Shown: positions 24,771-38,900 of the stretch, piece by piece | How the letters are laid out: every line of letters starts with the position of its first letter | How positions within the stretch are numbered: the first letter of the stretch is position 1 | From: Phaeosaccion multiseriatum | Taxonomy: Eukaryota; Protista; Ochrophyta, other classes | Direction: 5' to 3' | Length of the DNA: 64,000 bases | Assembly (NCBI GenBank): GCA_965112735.1 | Contig: OZ218958.1 | Coordinates: forward strand, 2,604,001 to 2,668,000 | The notes under the pieces: generated by a model | What the model was told of the DNA's origin: nothing | Databases searched by the model: none | Seen by the model: the letters and a program-made list of their open reading frames with translations, nothing else | Program-made: the position numbers and the translations under genes

Positions 24771-25969
24771 AAGAAGCCAGGGCCGCATACAATCGGAGGG
24801 CGGATGGCTTGCAAGATCGAGCCCTCTTGCTATTCCCTACGGACTGGTCCTGAAGAGTGTCCAACCAGAGAGAGGGGAGAAAGTGGAAGGGAAATACTCT
24901 CGACGTCGTGAGCTACCACCTGGATAAGTTGATGATCTCTGTCTGTGGTGGACGGAGTTGTTCTCTTGCTTCGCCGGTGTACAGGCGGACGAGGGGAGGC
25001 GTGTGTGGCACAAGCCGATGATGCCCACGGAAGGCGGGGATGGAGAGCCACGTCCAGCGGGAGAATGGAGCTCGGCGATGCTCCCTGCCTTCGCCCGTCA
25101 AGCAGCACCACCGACTATTCGGACCGCGCCCGATCTCCTACTACTTACTCCTACTACTTGAAGGAAGAATCAGGGGCATCACCAGCACCATCGCTTCCTC
25201 AGCCCCCTGCCATGGTTCGAGGCAAAGCCAGACATGAAGAAGGGGCCCTCTTTTCGTAGCCCACAGGCAAGAGTACGGAGTGCGCTCGCTGCTGTTGCCA
25301 GGTCGCGCTCCTCGGCTTGGTCAGCGGCTGCTATCGCTGTGCTCGAAAAAACACGAAGGCCTCATCCGAATGGAAGATGTGCGTTGCCGCCCTGAACCCT
25401 CCCTGAGCAGAGGCAGAGGAGATGTTATAAGGTGCCCCCCGGGAGCTGGGACACTGGAGCTGCTATCGGTGTTCATTTCGACATCGACATTTGCACATAC
25501 ATGGGTCGACGTTCGTAGGTCCCTGCAGCTGGAAGCTGGAAGCTGATGGAAGCCAGAAGCTCAGAAGCAGTAGGCGCCCGATTGGGGGGGTGGGGTGTTG
25601 ATATCAAGCATGGGCTCCTTGCTTGGAGGAGGAGGAGGAGGAGGAGGAGTGGGGGGGGGGAATCATCCGCCGAGTTAAGGGCACCATCGCGTAGGACCTC
25701 CTGGCGTTGAGCCTGTCCGCCCACAAGCATCATGGGGCAGGAAGACCTTCAGCGAGCGCATCTCGCAGCCTCAGGTAGGTGGGTCAGTACCTCCCTTATC
25801 CACCGAACAGGGGAAGGCGTGCTGATGGGCAGGACCATGTGGGCTATGTCTCTCTGTCTCTTTCTCTACCTGCCCGTCTTCTAGAGAGGCAAGGGTTTGG
25901 AGGCCTCGTAGATCGTTTTTTTTAATATTGTTTTTTATTTTTGCAGCGAAGCCGTAAGGCATCCATGCA

Positions 25970-26110
25970 TGGGAGCCCGATTGGAAGCATTGGCGGCTGG
26001 TCATCTGGGTGCCTCACTGTGGGAGGAGCCCGATTGGAAACCTGCTTGCCTCACTGTGGGAGGAGCCCGATTGAAAGCATTGGCGACTGGTCATCTGGCT
26101 GCCTCACTTT
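25970..26110. repeat. Short imperfect direct-repeat cluster
   Basis: ggagcccgattg three times, tgcctcact three times, gcattggcg(g/a)ctggtcatctgg twice. Confidence 0.8.
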
Positions 26111-26925
26111 AGACGGCCATGAGGCTCGTTGGTCGGGGAGGCAGTCTTGAGCTCCCGGTGTAGCCCGCAGGGTGGGGGAGCGCTGCTCTCTGGGGTTGGC
26201 ACTTGCAAGCTTGCAAGGGATCAACGGACGATGCTCTCCCGACTGTTCGCTGCGCGGCTCTGGTATGATGACGGGGGCTTGACTCGGACCATTGATTCGG
26301 ACTTAGGACGCTGACTTACCACCTGCTATTTGCTACCACGGGCGTCAGCCAGCAAGGGAAGAAGGGAATAGCATTCGAGAGCATGATACCGAAGAATAAT
26401 AATTAGGCCATATATTCTGAAATGAGAGAAGGGGAGGGGAAAGGACAAAGCTCCTTCCCAAGCTTAAGGCAACGCCCTTCTTCAGCCCGCATCCCGCCCC
26501 CACCCCATGAGGCAAAGATCACCCAAATATCCCCCTCTTTGCCGTCCTCTCTCTTCTCCTCTCGGTCTCTCTCGGGCTCGCTCCGAATAGAAATTTTTTA
26601 CCCCCCAGGGGCCGGCGCTGCTGGGAAGCAAAAGTGCCAATTTGAAGGCAATTTGAACGCAAATTTGGATTTTTTCGTCTTTGATCTCAGAAAATCCTAG
26701 GCCCTCAAACCAACACCGCATCAGAACGAAGATAAACCACCAAGGAGTGGACCAGCAGCAGGGAAGGTACACCTTCGCTTGCTTGTGCCTACTTAGGCAC
26801 AAAGAAGGCTAGAAAAGATAGGACGACGTAGGCGAAAGCCTAAGGGAACAACCTTTCTCTCCCTGCTTGAGTATTCCGGGAGTCCCTCGGGCCCTAGCAG
26901 CCCGGCTTCCAAACCCTCTTCTCCC

Positions 26926-29900
26926 ATGGGAAATGAGAGCAGTGGACTGAGTGGCACGGCCCATGCCGTGGACGACACAGTGGGGCCCACGCTGATGAGC
27001 GTGGCGGGCTTTGGCGAACGTTCGAATGCCGAGGGTGCCGCTGCTGGAAGTGGCGCTGAGGGAGCTTCAAGAAGCACAGCAGCTGGGAGCCAGAGCGACG
27101 CTGAGAAGAAGAAGGCGGCCGAGCGCGATCAGTCCGCTACCACTACTTCCAAAGCGGATGACGGCGGCGTGGACGATGTGATTGGCAACCTCGGAGGTAC
27201 CATCGCCGAGGGCGCGAGCAAGGTGGAGGAGCTCATCACCGGTGCGTCTTTTCTTGGGTGTTTCTGCGGCCCATGCCTGTGTGCAGTTAGAGTAGATGCT
27301 ATTATTTTGCTGTACATGTCCTTGCCTAGTTGCGGAGCTTTGTGATCTCCATCCCCTCTCCTACTTTCTTTGCGCTAAGATCCATCGGTGCAAAGATTCG
27401 CTTTCCCCCCTGTATTCAAAGATGAAGGGTTTCGTGGTGGCGGCAGCAGCAGCATGGCGCCGCCGCCGCAGAGGGGTGTCGGTGGCATTCGGTAGCAGTA
27501 GCAGTAGTGTGCGGTAGCAGGGGCGGGAAACAGCGAGGGAGCAGCGGAGGGCGAACAGTTTGGATACGTGGATATGGACCGGAAGGATGTAAGATACTCA
27601 TCCAGGCTTTACTCCGCCTCTATCCCCCCCTTCCCATCTCCGCTTCCAATGACCCTCGCCCTTCTCCCGCCCTTTCCCTCCGCTCTCCCCCCCCCCTGCC
27701 CCGAAACAGACTTCTTCTTCACCTCGGACCGAGACAGCCAGAAGAGGAAGCAATCCACCGACTCGACCCGAGGCAGCGTCGAGCTCTCCAGCTCCGCGGC
27801 CTCGTCCCTCGACTCGCTGGGCGTGAGCATTGAGGATATCAAGGAGTACTTCGCTTGGTTCTTCGGCAGCGGCTCCGACGACGAGGCGGGAGGTGAGAGA
27901 GCGCTTCCGGGGGTGGTGGGGAGGAGGGGGAGGGGGAGGGGGAGGGGGAGGGGGAGGGGGAGGGGGAGTCATGGGAAGCCTTTCGGCTCAACGATGAGGG
28001 GTGTGGTGGGGCATTGAGAGTGGTGGTAATGAGGGGTGCGGAGGGTCATGTGTTGGTGTTGGTGATGATGTGGCAGGAGGCCTACGACACGAAACGGTTC
28101 GGAATAGTTATTTCGCCCCTCCTTTCCCCCACCACATTCGCTCACTCACTCACTCCTTCCCTCACTCACTCACTCACTCACTCACTCACTCACTCACTCA
28201 CCTGCTTGTACTCACGCGCGCGCCCTAACTCACTCATTACCTCCTCACTACCTCCCCTTACCCTACTGACGCACTCACTCACCACTCTACTCACTCACTC
28301 ACTCACTCATTCATTCACTCACTCACCTGATCTTACTCGCACTCACCCCCTCCTACCTCACTCATTCCGTCCTCACTACCTCCTGACCTTACTCAGTCCC
28401 TCACTCACTGACACCCTCGTTGACCTGACTCACCCACTCTCTCTCCCACTCACTTCCTATCTCCCTCACTCTCTCACTCTCTGACTCACTCACTCACTCA
28501 CTCACTCACTCACTCACTCACTCACTCACTCACTCACCTGCTGTCACTCACACTCACCCCTTACCCCGCTCATTCCTTCCACACCACCTCCCACTTGCTC
28601 GCTCACGCACTGACTCACTCGCTGACCTGACTCAGCCACTCACTCACCCACTCACTTGCTCTCCCTCCCTCACTTGCGCACTCACTCAACTCACTCAAGT
28701 CGCTCAACTCACCCCCCTACCCGCTCCCTCACCCTTCCCTGTTCCCTCCCTCCCTCCCTCCCTCCTTCTTATATCTCTCTCCACTCCCTTCACCACCATC
28801 TCTTCCCTCACCCTCAGGGTCCTTCCCGGGGTCCTTCTCGACTGGCAGCGGCTCCGGCAGCACCGGCACCGGCACGGGCACCAGCCCTGCCTCGAACGTC
28901 AAGATCGCCGCGCTTATGGACGTGGCGGGCTTCGACCCCAAGGCCAAGGCCTCGGACCCAAAGGCGGCTGAGCAGAACTTCCTCACCTTCCTCAACGGCT
29001 TGGACGACTCAACCCTCCAGGCGGGGGTGCAGAAGGTAGAGGCCAGCGTACCTTCTACCTCCGCTACCACCGACAAGGGCGCTCTTTCCGACGCTGCTGC
29101 CTCGTCCCTCGACTCGCTGGGCGTGAGCATTGAGGATATCAAGGAGTACTTCGCTTGGTTCTTCGGCAGCGGCTCCGACGACCAGGCGGGAGGTGAGAGA
29201 GAGCGCGTGTGTTGCGGGGGGGTGGGACAGGAGAGGGCAGGGGGAGGGGCAGGGGGAGGGGGAGGGGGAGGGGGAGGGGGAGGGGTAGGGGCGGAGAGAT
29301 GGGCGGTTGAAAGGGAGGGCTCAGACTGAACTCACTCTGTCAGTCACTCATTCACCCATTCAGTCCAATCACTCACCTGATTGTAAACTCAACGTTCGCT
29401 CATCCCTTCCTTACTAAACCTCTTGCCCTACAGACTTGCTCGCTCACTGACCCATTTATCACTGACTCATTCGTAGACTCACTGACTCATTCACTGCCTC
29501 ACTCACTTGCCGGCCTCATTTACATTCCCTCCCTCACTTACTACGAACGCACTCACCCACTCTCTTTCTCTCTCCCTTACTGACTCAACTCTCCCTCTCC
29601 CTCACTCAACTCGCCCACCCACGTTTGACCACCCTCGCTCACACACGTTTTCACACATCCCGTCGCCCTCTCCCATCTCCTGAATAACAGGTCCTTCGGC
29701 CTCCTTCACCGGTCCTTCGGCCTCCTTCACCGGTTCCTCGGGCTCCTTCACCGGTCCCTCGGGCTCCATCTCGACTGGCAGCGGCTCCGGCAGCACCGGC
29801 AGCGGCAGCGGCACCAGCCCTGCCTCGAACGTCAAGATCGCCGCTCTCATGGACGTGGCGGGCTTCGACCCCAAGGCCAAGGCCTCAGACCCAAAGGCGG

Positions 29901-32900
29901 CTGAGCTGAACTTCGTCAACTTCCTCAACGGCTTGGACGAATCCACCCTCCAGGCGGGTGTGCAGAAGGTCGAGGCCAGCGTGCCCTCGGCCTCCCTCTC
30001 GGGCACCCCCGCCAAAACGGGATCGGGCGACACGCCATTCCACACCCCCGCTGGGGACGACACCGACGGCGCCATGGCGGGTGTTGCAGGTGGGCTGGCA
30101 GCGGCCGGAGCAGCAGCCGGAGCGGCCATTGGAGGTGCGCGTGTGTATCAAAAGGTTTTGGGCCGCGTGTGTGCGTGTGTGTGTGTATGTGGGTCTAGGG
30201 TTTGCGGGAGGAGACTCTGAAAGATTGGCCCAAAGTGGACTCTCTCCACCTGGAGTCAGGCAGCTTGCTTAGGGCAAGATAGGAGGAGGAGGATTGTGGG
30301 TTGAAGGGGGGGGGGGGGACTTACATCAACGTGTAGTAAGGTCCACAACCTCTTCGAACATGGTATTGTTTGAGTGCTGTCTTGCTTTTGCGCGTCCGAA
30401 AGGCTCGTCTCGAATCCTTCTCTGGGAGGAAATCCTGTTGGGTGAGCACCATTACTTCCCTCTTTTCCTTTGTGCCTCCTGCTCCCTACCCCTCTCCCCC
30501 CTCTTCTTGTTGTCAGCCCATTAACCTCTTTTTTCTCCTCTTGTGCTCTCTTGCAACTTTGGGACTGCTCGTCCGTTGCTCTGCTACCTTCCCTCATCTT
30601 CGCTTCGCTCCTCGTCACACAGTGAACAGCAGTGCGGAGAAGGACAAGGACGGCAAGAAGAAGAACGACAAATTCCTCTGGGGTGAGTGTCGTGTCTGAC
30701 TTGTCTTACGCGTGTGTGGTGTGATTGTGTTTGACCTCTTGCAGATTTGGACTGTGTGTGAGTCTGTACTACTCTTGTGAAACTGTACAGACTGGCCGCG
30801 CTGCCGGTACCGTATCTTACACTCCCTTCCAACGCGACTCCTGCGTGGTTTGAATGCCAAAGAGTGTGTGGAAAGGTTCGCTCATATCCCTCATCGGCAC
30901 TGCCATGCTTTTTTGTTACTTTACTCACTCACTCCTCAGGCATATTCGGAGGAGGAGACGACAACTCTACCCCCGCAACTGGCGACGCTACCACCGCCGC
31001 CACTGGAGGAGGAGCTGGAGAAGGAGGAATGGGCGCCTCTCTCTCCGGCGCGGCTGACGACCTGTCAGCAAAGGCCGAGGATGCATCTGATGCGATCGGT
31101 GCCAAGATTGACGAGACACAGGGCATGTTCTCCGATAGCACTGGCACTGGAGCAGCAGGCACTGAGGCAGGAACCGGAGCAGGAACCGGAGAAGGAGGAA
31201 TGGGCGCCTCTCTCTCTAGTGCTGCTGACGACCTCTCAGCCAAGGCCGAAGAAGCATCTGATGCGATCGGTGCCAAGATTGACGAGACACAGGGCATGTT
31301 CTCCGATAGCACTGGCACTGGAGCAGCAGACACGGGAGCAGGAGTGGGTGGATCCCTCTCTGGCACGGCTGAAGACCCCTCAGTCAGCGCCGGAGGGGCT
31401 TCTTCCGGCCTCGGTGGCCCGGACGCAGGAGGAGCTGGCGAGACCGGTGCCGGTGATGACGGTCTTGGAGACAAGGCCATGGCGGGTGTTGCGGGTGGAC
31501 TGGCAGCAGCAGGCACGGCACTTGGAGGTGTGTATCAATGGTCTCTTGAGCCCCCCCCCCCCCTGTTCACAGTGGCGCCTTTGTGGGGAGAGTGTGAGAG
31601 TGGTCATGGTGTCAAACTTGATGATTGGGGAGTGAAAAAGGCGGATACAATGCGTGCGAGTACCCGTCAACTGCCGCTCTTGTTGGCACGACCCTCTCTT
31701 TCCGTCCCGTCTACTCTCCTGCACCGTTCTGGGACTCATTGTCTACCCTGCCTATATGCCTCTATGCCTCTGTTCACCCCCCTCCCCCTATCCTCTGTAT
31801 GCATCTACCTCCCCATCTCCCCCACCCTTCTGCACCTTTTGCCTCCTTATTTCACCGCAGTGAGCGAGGCCAAGTCCAAGAAGAAGAAGAAGAAGGGCAT
31901 GTTCAAGGGTGAGTACAGCCACTTTTGTCGGCTCGCAAACTGCTGCTGTAGTCCTGTTCACTCAACTCATGGGTGTATATATGGGGTTGCGGTGCGCCAG
32001 CTTGAGACACCCCATTTTGGGGAATTGGGGGGGGGGGGGGCGGTTACATGATCGAGTAGTTCGGTTGCCTGAAAGAGCGATACGAGTGTTACGTGCATCA
32101 GGGTCATAGAGTGGTGTCGTTTGTCTTCCTCTCATGCCCCTTTCTTAACTCTGTTGCGTGCTGTTTTATCACCCCCTATCACCCTCTTTCCTTTGTGCCT
32201 TCTCAGGCATTTTCGGCTCGAGCAAGAAGGACCTGAACGCAGATGCCTCTGTGGACACCCCTGCTGCCTCTGTTGATGCGAGTGGCAGCGTGCCGGAGAT
32301 TGGCAGCGCTTCGCTTCCCTCGGGTGGTGTGAGCGCTGATGGCTCGCTTCCCTCTGGTGGCCTGAGCGTGGACGGCTCTCTTCCCTCGGGAGAGCTCCCC
32401 TCGGGTAGCCTGGACGTGAACGCCCCCAAGCTGGACGGCAGCATGCCTAGCGTGGACGGCTCGCTTCCCTCGGGTGGCGTTAACGCGGATGGCTCTCTTC
32501 CCTCGGGAGAGCTGCCCTCGGGTAGCGTGGACGTGAATGCGCCCAAGCTGGACGGCAGCATGCCTAGCGTTGACGGCTCTCTTCCCTCGGGTGGTGTGAG
32601 CGCTGATGGACTCTCTCTTCCCTCCGGAGAGCTCCCCTCGGGTAGCGTGGACGTGAATGCCACCAGCATCTCTGCGGACGGCAGCATGCCAGACGGATCA
32701 CTTTCCTCTGGTGGCCTGAACGTGGACGGCTCTCTTCCCTCTGGAGAGCTCCCCTCGGGTAGCGTGGATGTGAATGCCCCCAAGCTGGACGGCAGCATGC
32801 CTACCGTGGACGGCTCGCTTCCCTCGGGTGGCGTTAACGCGGATGGCTCTCTTCCCTCGGGAGAGCTCCCCTCTGCCAGCTTGGATGGCAAGGACCCCAA

Positions 32901-35900
32901 GGCCTCTGGCGACATGTCGGGAGCTATGGCGGGTGTGGCGGGAGGGCTCGCGGCAGCTGGAGTCGCAGTCGGAGGTGAGAACGAAGAAGACGGATGAGTT
33001 GGATGGTGGTGGATGGGGAGGGGAGGGGTTGAGGATGGCAGTGGATGAGGGGAGGGCATGGCAGAGGTGAGGTCAGACGGGAGGAGAGGACAGGACAGGA
33101 CAGGGGGAGGACTCACGGAGAGAAAAAAAGTGGGGGAGAGAAGAGAAGAGGAGAGAAGAATAAAAATGATTGTCTAATGCTTGTCTTGTTCTCCTCAACT
33201 GTGCAGCGAGCGGCACGGACGGCGGCAAGAAGGCCAAGAAGAAGGGCAAGAAGATGTTCAAGGGTGAGTGAGTATGCGCGCCGTGTCTCATATTGCCTTA
33301 CTCTCTGAAGAGCTGCAATGCAAGAGCTGCAAACGTGGCCTGATCTCGTCCTTGTTCTCACGTCACATTGCCTTCTCTGCACCCTTTCTGCACTCTTTAG
33401 GCATGTTCGGCTCCAGCACGAAGAAGCTGAAGGTTCCTGACGCCGATGCCTCTGTGGACGCGCCTGACGCCTCTGTGGACGTCAACGCGCCTTCGCTTTC
33501 CGGCGTGGGCGTGGATGGCTCTCTTCCTTCCGGAGAGCTCCCCGCTGCCAGCCTGGACGTGAATGCGCCCAAGCTGGACGGCAGCATGCCTAGCGTGGAC
33601 GGCTCGCTTCCCTCGGGTGGTCTGAACGTGGATGGCTCCCTTCCCTCTGGAGAGCTCCCCTCGGGTAGCCTGGATGTGAATGCCCCCAAGCTGGACGGCA
33701 GCATGCCTAGCGTGGACGGCTCGCTTCCCTCGGGTGGTCTGAACGTGGACGGCTCCCTTCCCTCGGGAGAGCTCCCCTCGGGTAGCCTGGATGTGAATGC
33801 CCCCAAGCTGGACGGCAGCATGCCTAGCGTGGACGGCTCGCTTCCCTCTGGTGGCGTGAACGTGGATGGCTCTCTCCCCTCGGGAGAGCTCCCCTCTGCC
33901 AGCCTGGACGTGAATGCCCCCAAGCTGGACGGCAGCATGCCTAGCGTGGACGGCTCGCTTCCCTCTGGTGGTCTGAACGTGGATGGCTCTCTTCCCTCTG
34001 GAGAGCTCCCCTCGGGTAGCCTGGATGTGAATGCCCCCAAGCTGGACGGCAGCATGCCTAGCGTGGACGGCTCGCTTCCCTCGGGTGGCCTGAACGTGGA
34101 TGGCTCTCTGCCCTCGGGAGAGCTCCCCTCGGGTAGTGTGGATGTGAATGCCCCTAAGCTGGACGGCAGCATGCCTAGTGTGGACGGCTCGCTTCCCTCG
34201 GGTGGCCTGAACGTGGATGGCTCTCTTCCCTCGGGAGAGCTCCCGTCGGGTAGCTTGGATGTGAATGCCCCCAAGCTGGACGGCAGCATGCCTAGTGTGG
34301 ACGGCTCGCTTCCCTCTGGTGGCCTGAACGTGGATGGCTCTCTTCCCTCTGGAGAGCTCCCCTCGGGTAGCCTGGACGTGAATGCCCCCAAGCTGGACGG
34401 CAGCATGCCTAGCGTGGACGGCTCGCTTCCCTCGGGTGGTCTGAACGTGGATGGCTCTCTTCCCTCGGGAGAGCTCCCCTCGGGTAGTGTGGACGTGAAT
34501 GCCCCCAAGCTCTCTGTGGACGGCAGCATGCCTAGCGTGGACGGCTCGCTTCCCTCTGGTGGCGTGAACGTGGATGGCTCTCTTCCCTCTGGAGAGCTCC
34601 CCTCGGGTAGCCTGGACGTGAATGCGCCCAAGCTGGACGGCAGCATGCCTAGCGTGGACGGCTCGCTTCCCTCTGGTGACGTGAACGTGGATGGCTCGCT
34701 TCCCTCGGGAGAGCTGCCCTCTGCCAGCCTGGACGTGAATGCGCCCAAGCTGGACGGCAGCATGCCTAGCGTGGACGGATCTCTTCCCTCTGGTAGCGTG
34801 AACGTCGATGGCTCTCTTCCCTCTGCCAGCTTGGATGGCAAGGACCCCAAGGCCTCTGGCGACATGTCGGGAGCTGTGGCGGGTGTGGCGGGAGGGCTGG
34901 CTGCAGCTGGAGTCGCGGTCGGAGGTGAGGCAAATGTCCCTCTGATCGTTTCCCTCTTTCCGGAGTGCCCTGATTTTTGCCATTCTGACTGTGTATTGCC
35001 TTTCTGCATCTCCTTAATTGTGCAGCGAGCGGCACGGACGCTGGCAAGAAGGCCAAGAAGAAGGGCAAGGGCATGTTCAAGGGTGAGTGGGTGCGCACTG
35101 TCTCATATTGCCTTACTCTCTGAAGGGCTGCAATGCAAGAGCTGCACACCTGCCCTGATGTATGTATTGCTTGGTCTCACTTCGCAGTGCCTTCTTTGCA
35201 CCGTTTCTGCACTCCTTAGGCATGTTCGGCTCAAGCACGAAGAAGCTGAAGGTTCCTGAGGCCGATGCCTCTGTGGACGCGCCTGACGCCTCTGTGGACG
35301 CCAACGCGCCTTCGCTTTCCGGCGTGGGCGTGGATGGCTCTCTTCCCTCGGGAGAGCTCCCCTCTGCCAGCCTGGACGTGAACGCCCCCAAGCTGGACGG
35401 CAGCATGCCTAGCGTGGACGGCTCTCTTCCCTCGGGTGGCTTGAACGTGGATGGCTCCCTCCCCTCGGGAGAGCTCCCCTCGGGTAGCCTGGACGTGAAT
35501 GCGCCCAAGCTGGACGGCAGCATGCCTAGCGTGGACGGCTCGCTTCCCTCGGGTGGCGTGAACGTGGATGGCTCCCTCCCCTCTGGAGAGCTCCCCTCGG
35601 GTAGCCTGGATGTGAATGCCCCCAAGCTGGACGGCAGCATGCCTAGCGTGGACGGCTCGCTTCCCTCGGGTGGCGTGAACGTGGATGGCTCCCTTCCCTC
35701 TGGAGAGCTCCCCTCTGCCAGCCTGGACGTGAACGCCCCCAAGCTGGACGGCAGCATGCCTAGCGTGGACGGCTCTCTTCCCTCGGGTGGCTTGAACGTG
35801 GATGGCTCCCTCCCCTCGGGAGAGCTCCCCTCGGGTAGCCTGGACGTGAATGCGCCCAAGCTGGACGGCAGCATGCCTAGCGTGGACGGCTCGCTTCCCT

Positions 35901-38900
35901 CGGGTGGTCTGAACGTGGATGGCTCGCTTCCCTCTGGAGAGATCCCCTCGGGTAGCCTGGACGTGAATGCGCCCAAGCTGGACGGCAGCTTGCCTGATGT
36001 TGACGGCTCGCTTCCCTCTGGTGGCCTGAACGTGGATGGCTCGCTTCCCTCTGGAGAGCTGCCCTCGGGTAGCCTGGACGTGGATGCCCCCAAGCTCTCT
36101 GTGGACGGCAGCATGCCTAGCGTGGACGGCTCGCTTCCCTCTGGTGGCCTGAACATGGATGGCTCTCTTCCCTCTGGAGACCTCCCCTCGGGTAGCCTGG
36201 ACGTGAATGCGCCCAAGCTGGACGGCAGCATGCCGAACGTTGACGGCTCGCTTCCCTCGGGTGACGTGAACGTGGATGGCTCGCTTCCCTCGGGAGAGCT
36301 GCCCTCTGCCAGCCTGGACGTGAATGCGCCCAAGCTGGACGGCAGCATGCCTAGCGTGGACGGATCTCTTCCCTCTGGTAGCGTGAACGTGGATGGCTCT
36401 CTTCCCTCTGCCAGCTTGGATGGCAAGGACCCCAAGGCCTCTGGCGACATGTCGGGAGCTGTGGCGGGTGTGGCGGGAGGGCTGGCTGCAGCTGGAGTGG
36501 CGGTCGGAGGTGAGGCAAATGTCCCTCTGATCGTTTCCCTCTTTCCGGAGTGCCTTGATTTTTGCCATTCTGACTGTGTATTGCCTTTCTGCATGTCCTT
36601 AATTGTGCAGCGAGCGGCACGGACGCCGGCAAGAAGGCCAAGAAGAAGGGCAAGGGCATGTTCAAGGGTGAGTGGGTGCGCACTGTCTCATGTTGCCTTA
36701 CTCTCTGAAGGGCTGCAATGCAAGAGCTGCACACCTGCCCTGATGTATGTATTGCTTGGTCTCACTTCGCAGTGCCTTCTTTGCACCGTTTCTGCACTCC
36801 TTAGGCATGTTCGGCTCAAGCACGAAGAAGCTGAAGGTTCCTGAGGCCGATGCCTCTGTGGACGCGCCTGACGCCTCTGTGGACGTCAACGCGCCTTCGC
36901 TTTCCGGCGTGGGCGTGGATGGCTCTCTTCCCTCGGGAGAGCTCCCCTCTGCCAGCCTGGACGTGAATGCCCCCAAGCTGGACGGCAGCATGCCTAGCGT
37001 GGACGGATCGCTTCCCTCGGGAGAGCTGAACGTGGATGGCTCCCTTCCCTCTGGAGAGCTGCCCTCTGCCAGCCTGGATGTGAATGCGCCCAAGCTGGAC
37101 GGCAGCATGCCTAGCGTGGACGGCTCGCTTCCCTCGGGTGGCGTGAACGTGGATGGCTCGCTTCCTTCGGGAGAGCTCCCCTCGGGTAGCCTGGACGTGA
37201 ATGCCCCCAAGCTGGACGGCAGCATGCCTAGCGTGGACGGCTCGCTTGCCTCGGGTGGCTTGAACGTGGATGGCTCGCTGCCCTCGGGTGGCGTGAACGT
37301 GGATGGCTCTCTTCCCTCGGGAGAGCTCCCGTCGGGTAGCCTCGACGTGGATGCCCCCAAGCTCTCTGTGGACGGCAGCATGCCTAGCGTGGACGGCTCT
37401 CTTCCCTCGGGGGGCGTGAACGTCGATGGGTCTCTTCCCTCGGGAGAGCTCCCCTCTGCCAGCCTGGACGTGAATGCCCCCAAGCTGGACGGCAGCATGC
37501 CTAGCGTGGACGGATCGCTTCCCTCGGGTGGCGTGAACGTGGATGGCTCTCTTCCCTCTGGAGAGCTCCCCTCTGCCAGCCTGGACGTGAATGCGCCCAA
37601 GCTGGACGGCAGCATGCCTAGCGTGGACGGATCGCTTCCCTCTGGTGGTCTGAACGTGGATGGCTCGCTTCCCTCTGGAGAGCTCCCCTCGGGTAGCCTG
37701 GACGTGAATGCCCCAAAGCTGGACGGCAGCATGCCTAGCGTGGACGGCTCGCTTCCCTCGGGAGAGCTGAACGTGGATGGCTCCCTTCCCTCGGGAGAGC
37801 TCCCCTCGGGCAGCGTGGACGGGAAGGACCCCAAGGTCTCTGGCGACATGACGGCCGCTATGGCGGGTGTAGCGGGAGGGCTGACGGCAGCTGGAGTGGC
37901 GGTCGGAGGTGAGAGCGAAGGCCCTTGTCAACGTGGATGGGGATGGGAGAATGGCAGTGGATGGTGGCGGGAGGGGTCGAGAGGGGGGGACGAGGGAAGG
38001 GTAAAGAAGTGGAGATGAGGAGGGGAGAAGAGGAGGAAAGTTTGGCCGAGGGAGGGGAGGAGAAAAGGAGAGGGGGAGAGAAGAGGAGTCGAGAGGACAC
38101 GGCAGGACAAGAGAGTAGAGGTGAAGAGCTTTCCTTCTCGCCGTTCTGACTTTGTATGTGCTTTGTGCTTGTTTTTGTTCTCCTTAACTTTGCAGTGAGC
38201 GGCACGGACGGCGGCAAGAAGGCCAAGAAGAAGGGCAAGGGCATGTTCAAGGGTGAGTGGGTGCGCACTGTCTCTTATTGCCTTACTCTCTGAGGAGCTG
38301 CAATGCAAGAGCTGCACACCTACCCTGATGTATGTATTGCTTGTTCTCACGTCACATTGCCTTTTTGCACCCTTTCTGCACTCTTTAGGCATGTTCGGCT
38401 CCAGCACGAAGAAGCTGAAGGTTCCTGAGGCCGATGCCTCTGTGGACGCGCCTGACGCCTCTGTGGACGTCAACGCGCCTGACGCCTCTGTGGACGTCAA
38501 CGCGCCTTCGCTTTCCGGCGTGGGCGTGGATGGCTCTCTTCCCTCCGGAGAACTCCCCTCTGCCAGCCTGGACGTGAATGCCCCCAAGCTGGACGGCAGC
38601 ATGCCGGACGTTGACGGCTCGCTTCCCTCGGGTGGCCTGAATGTGGACGGCTCTCTTCCCTCGGGAGAGCTCCCCTCGGGTAGCCTGGACGTGAACACCC
38701 CCAAGCTGGAAGGCAGCATGCCTAGCGTGGACGGCTCGCTTCCCTCGGGTGGCGTGAATGTGGATGGGTCTCTTCCCTCTGGAGAGCTGCCCTCTGCCAG
38801 CCTGGACGTGAATGCCCCCAAGCTGGACGGCAGCATGCCTAGCGTGGACGGATCGCTTCCCTCGGGAGAGCTGAACGTGGACGGCTCCCTTCCCTCGGGA

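Noticed and set aside
25970-26110. CRISPR-like repeat-spacer appearance
   Set aside because: Only 2-3 imperfect copies, the spacers themselves repeat, there are no cas genes, and the host is a eukaryote.
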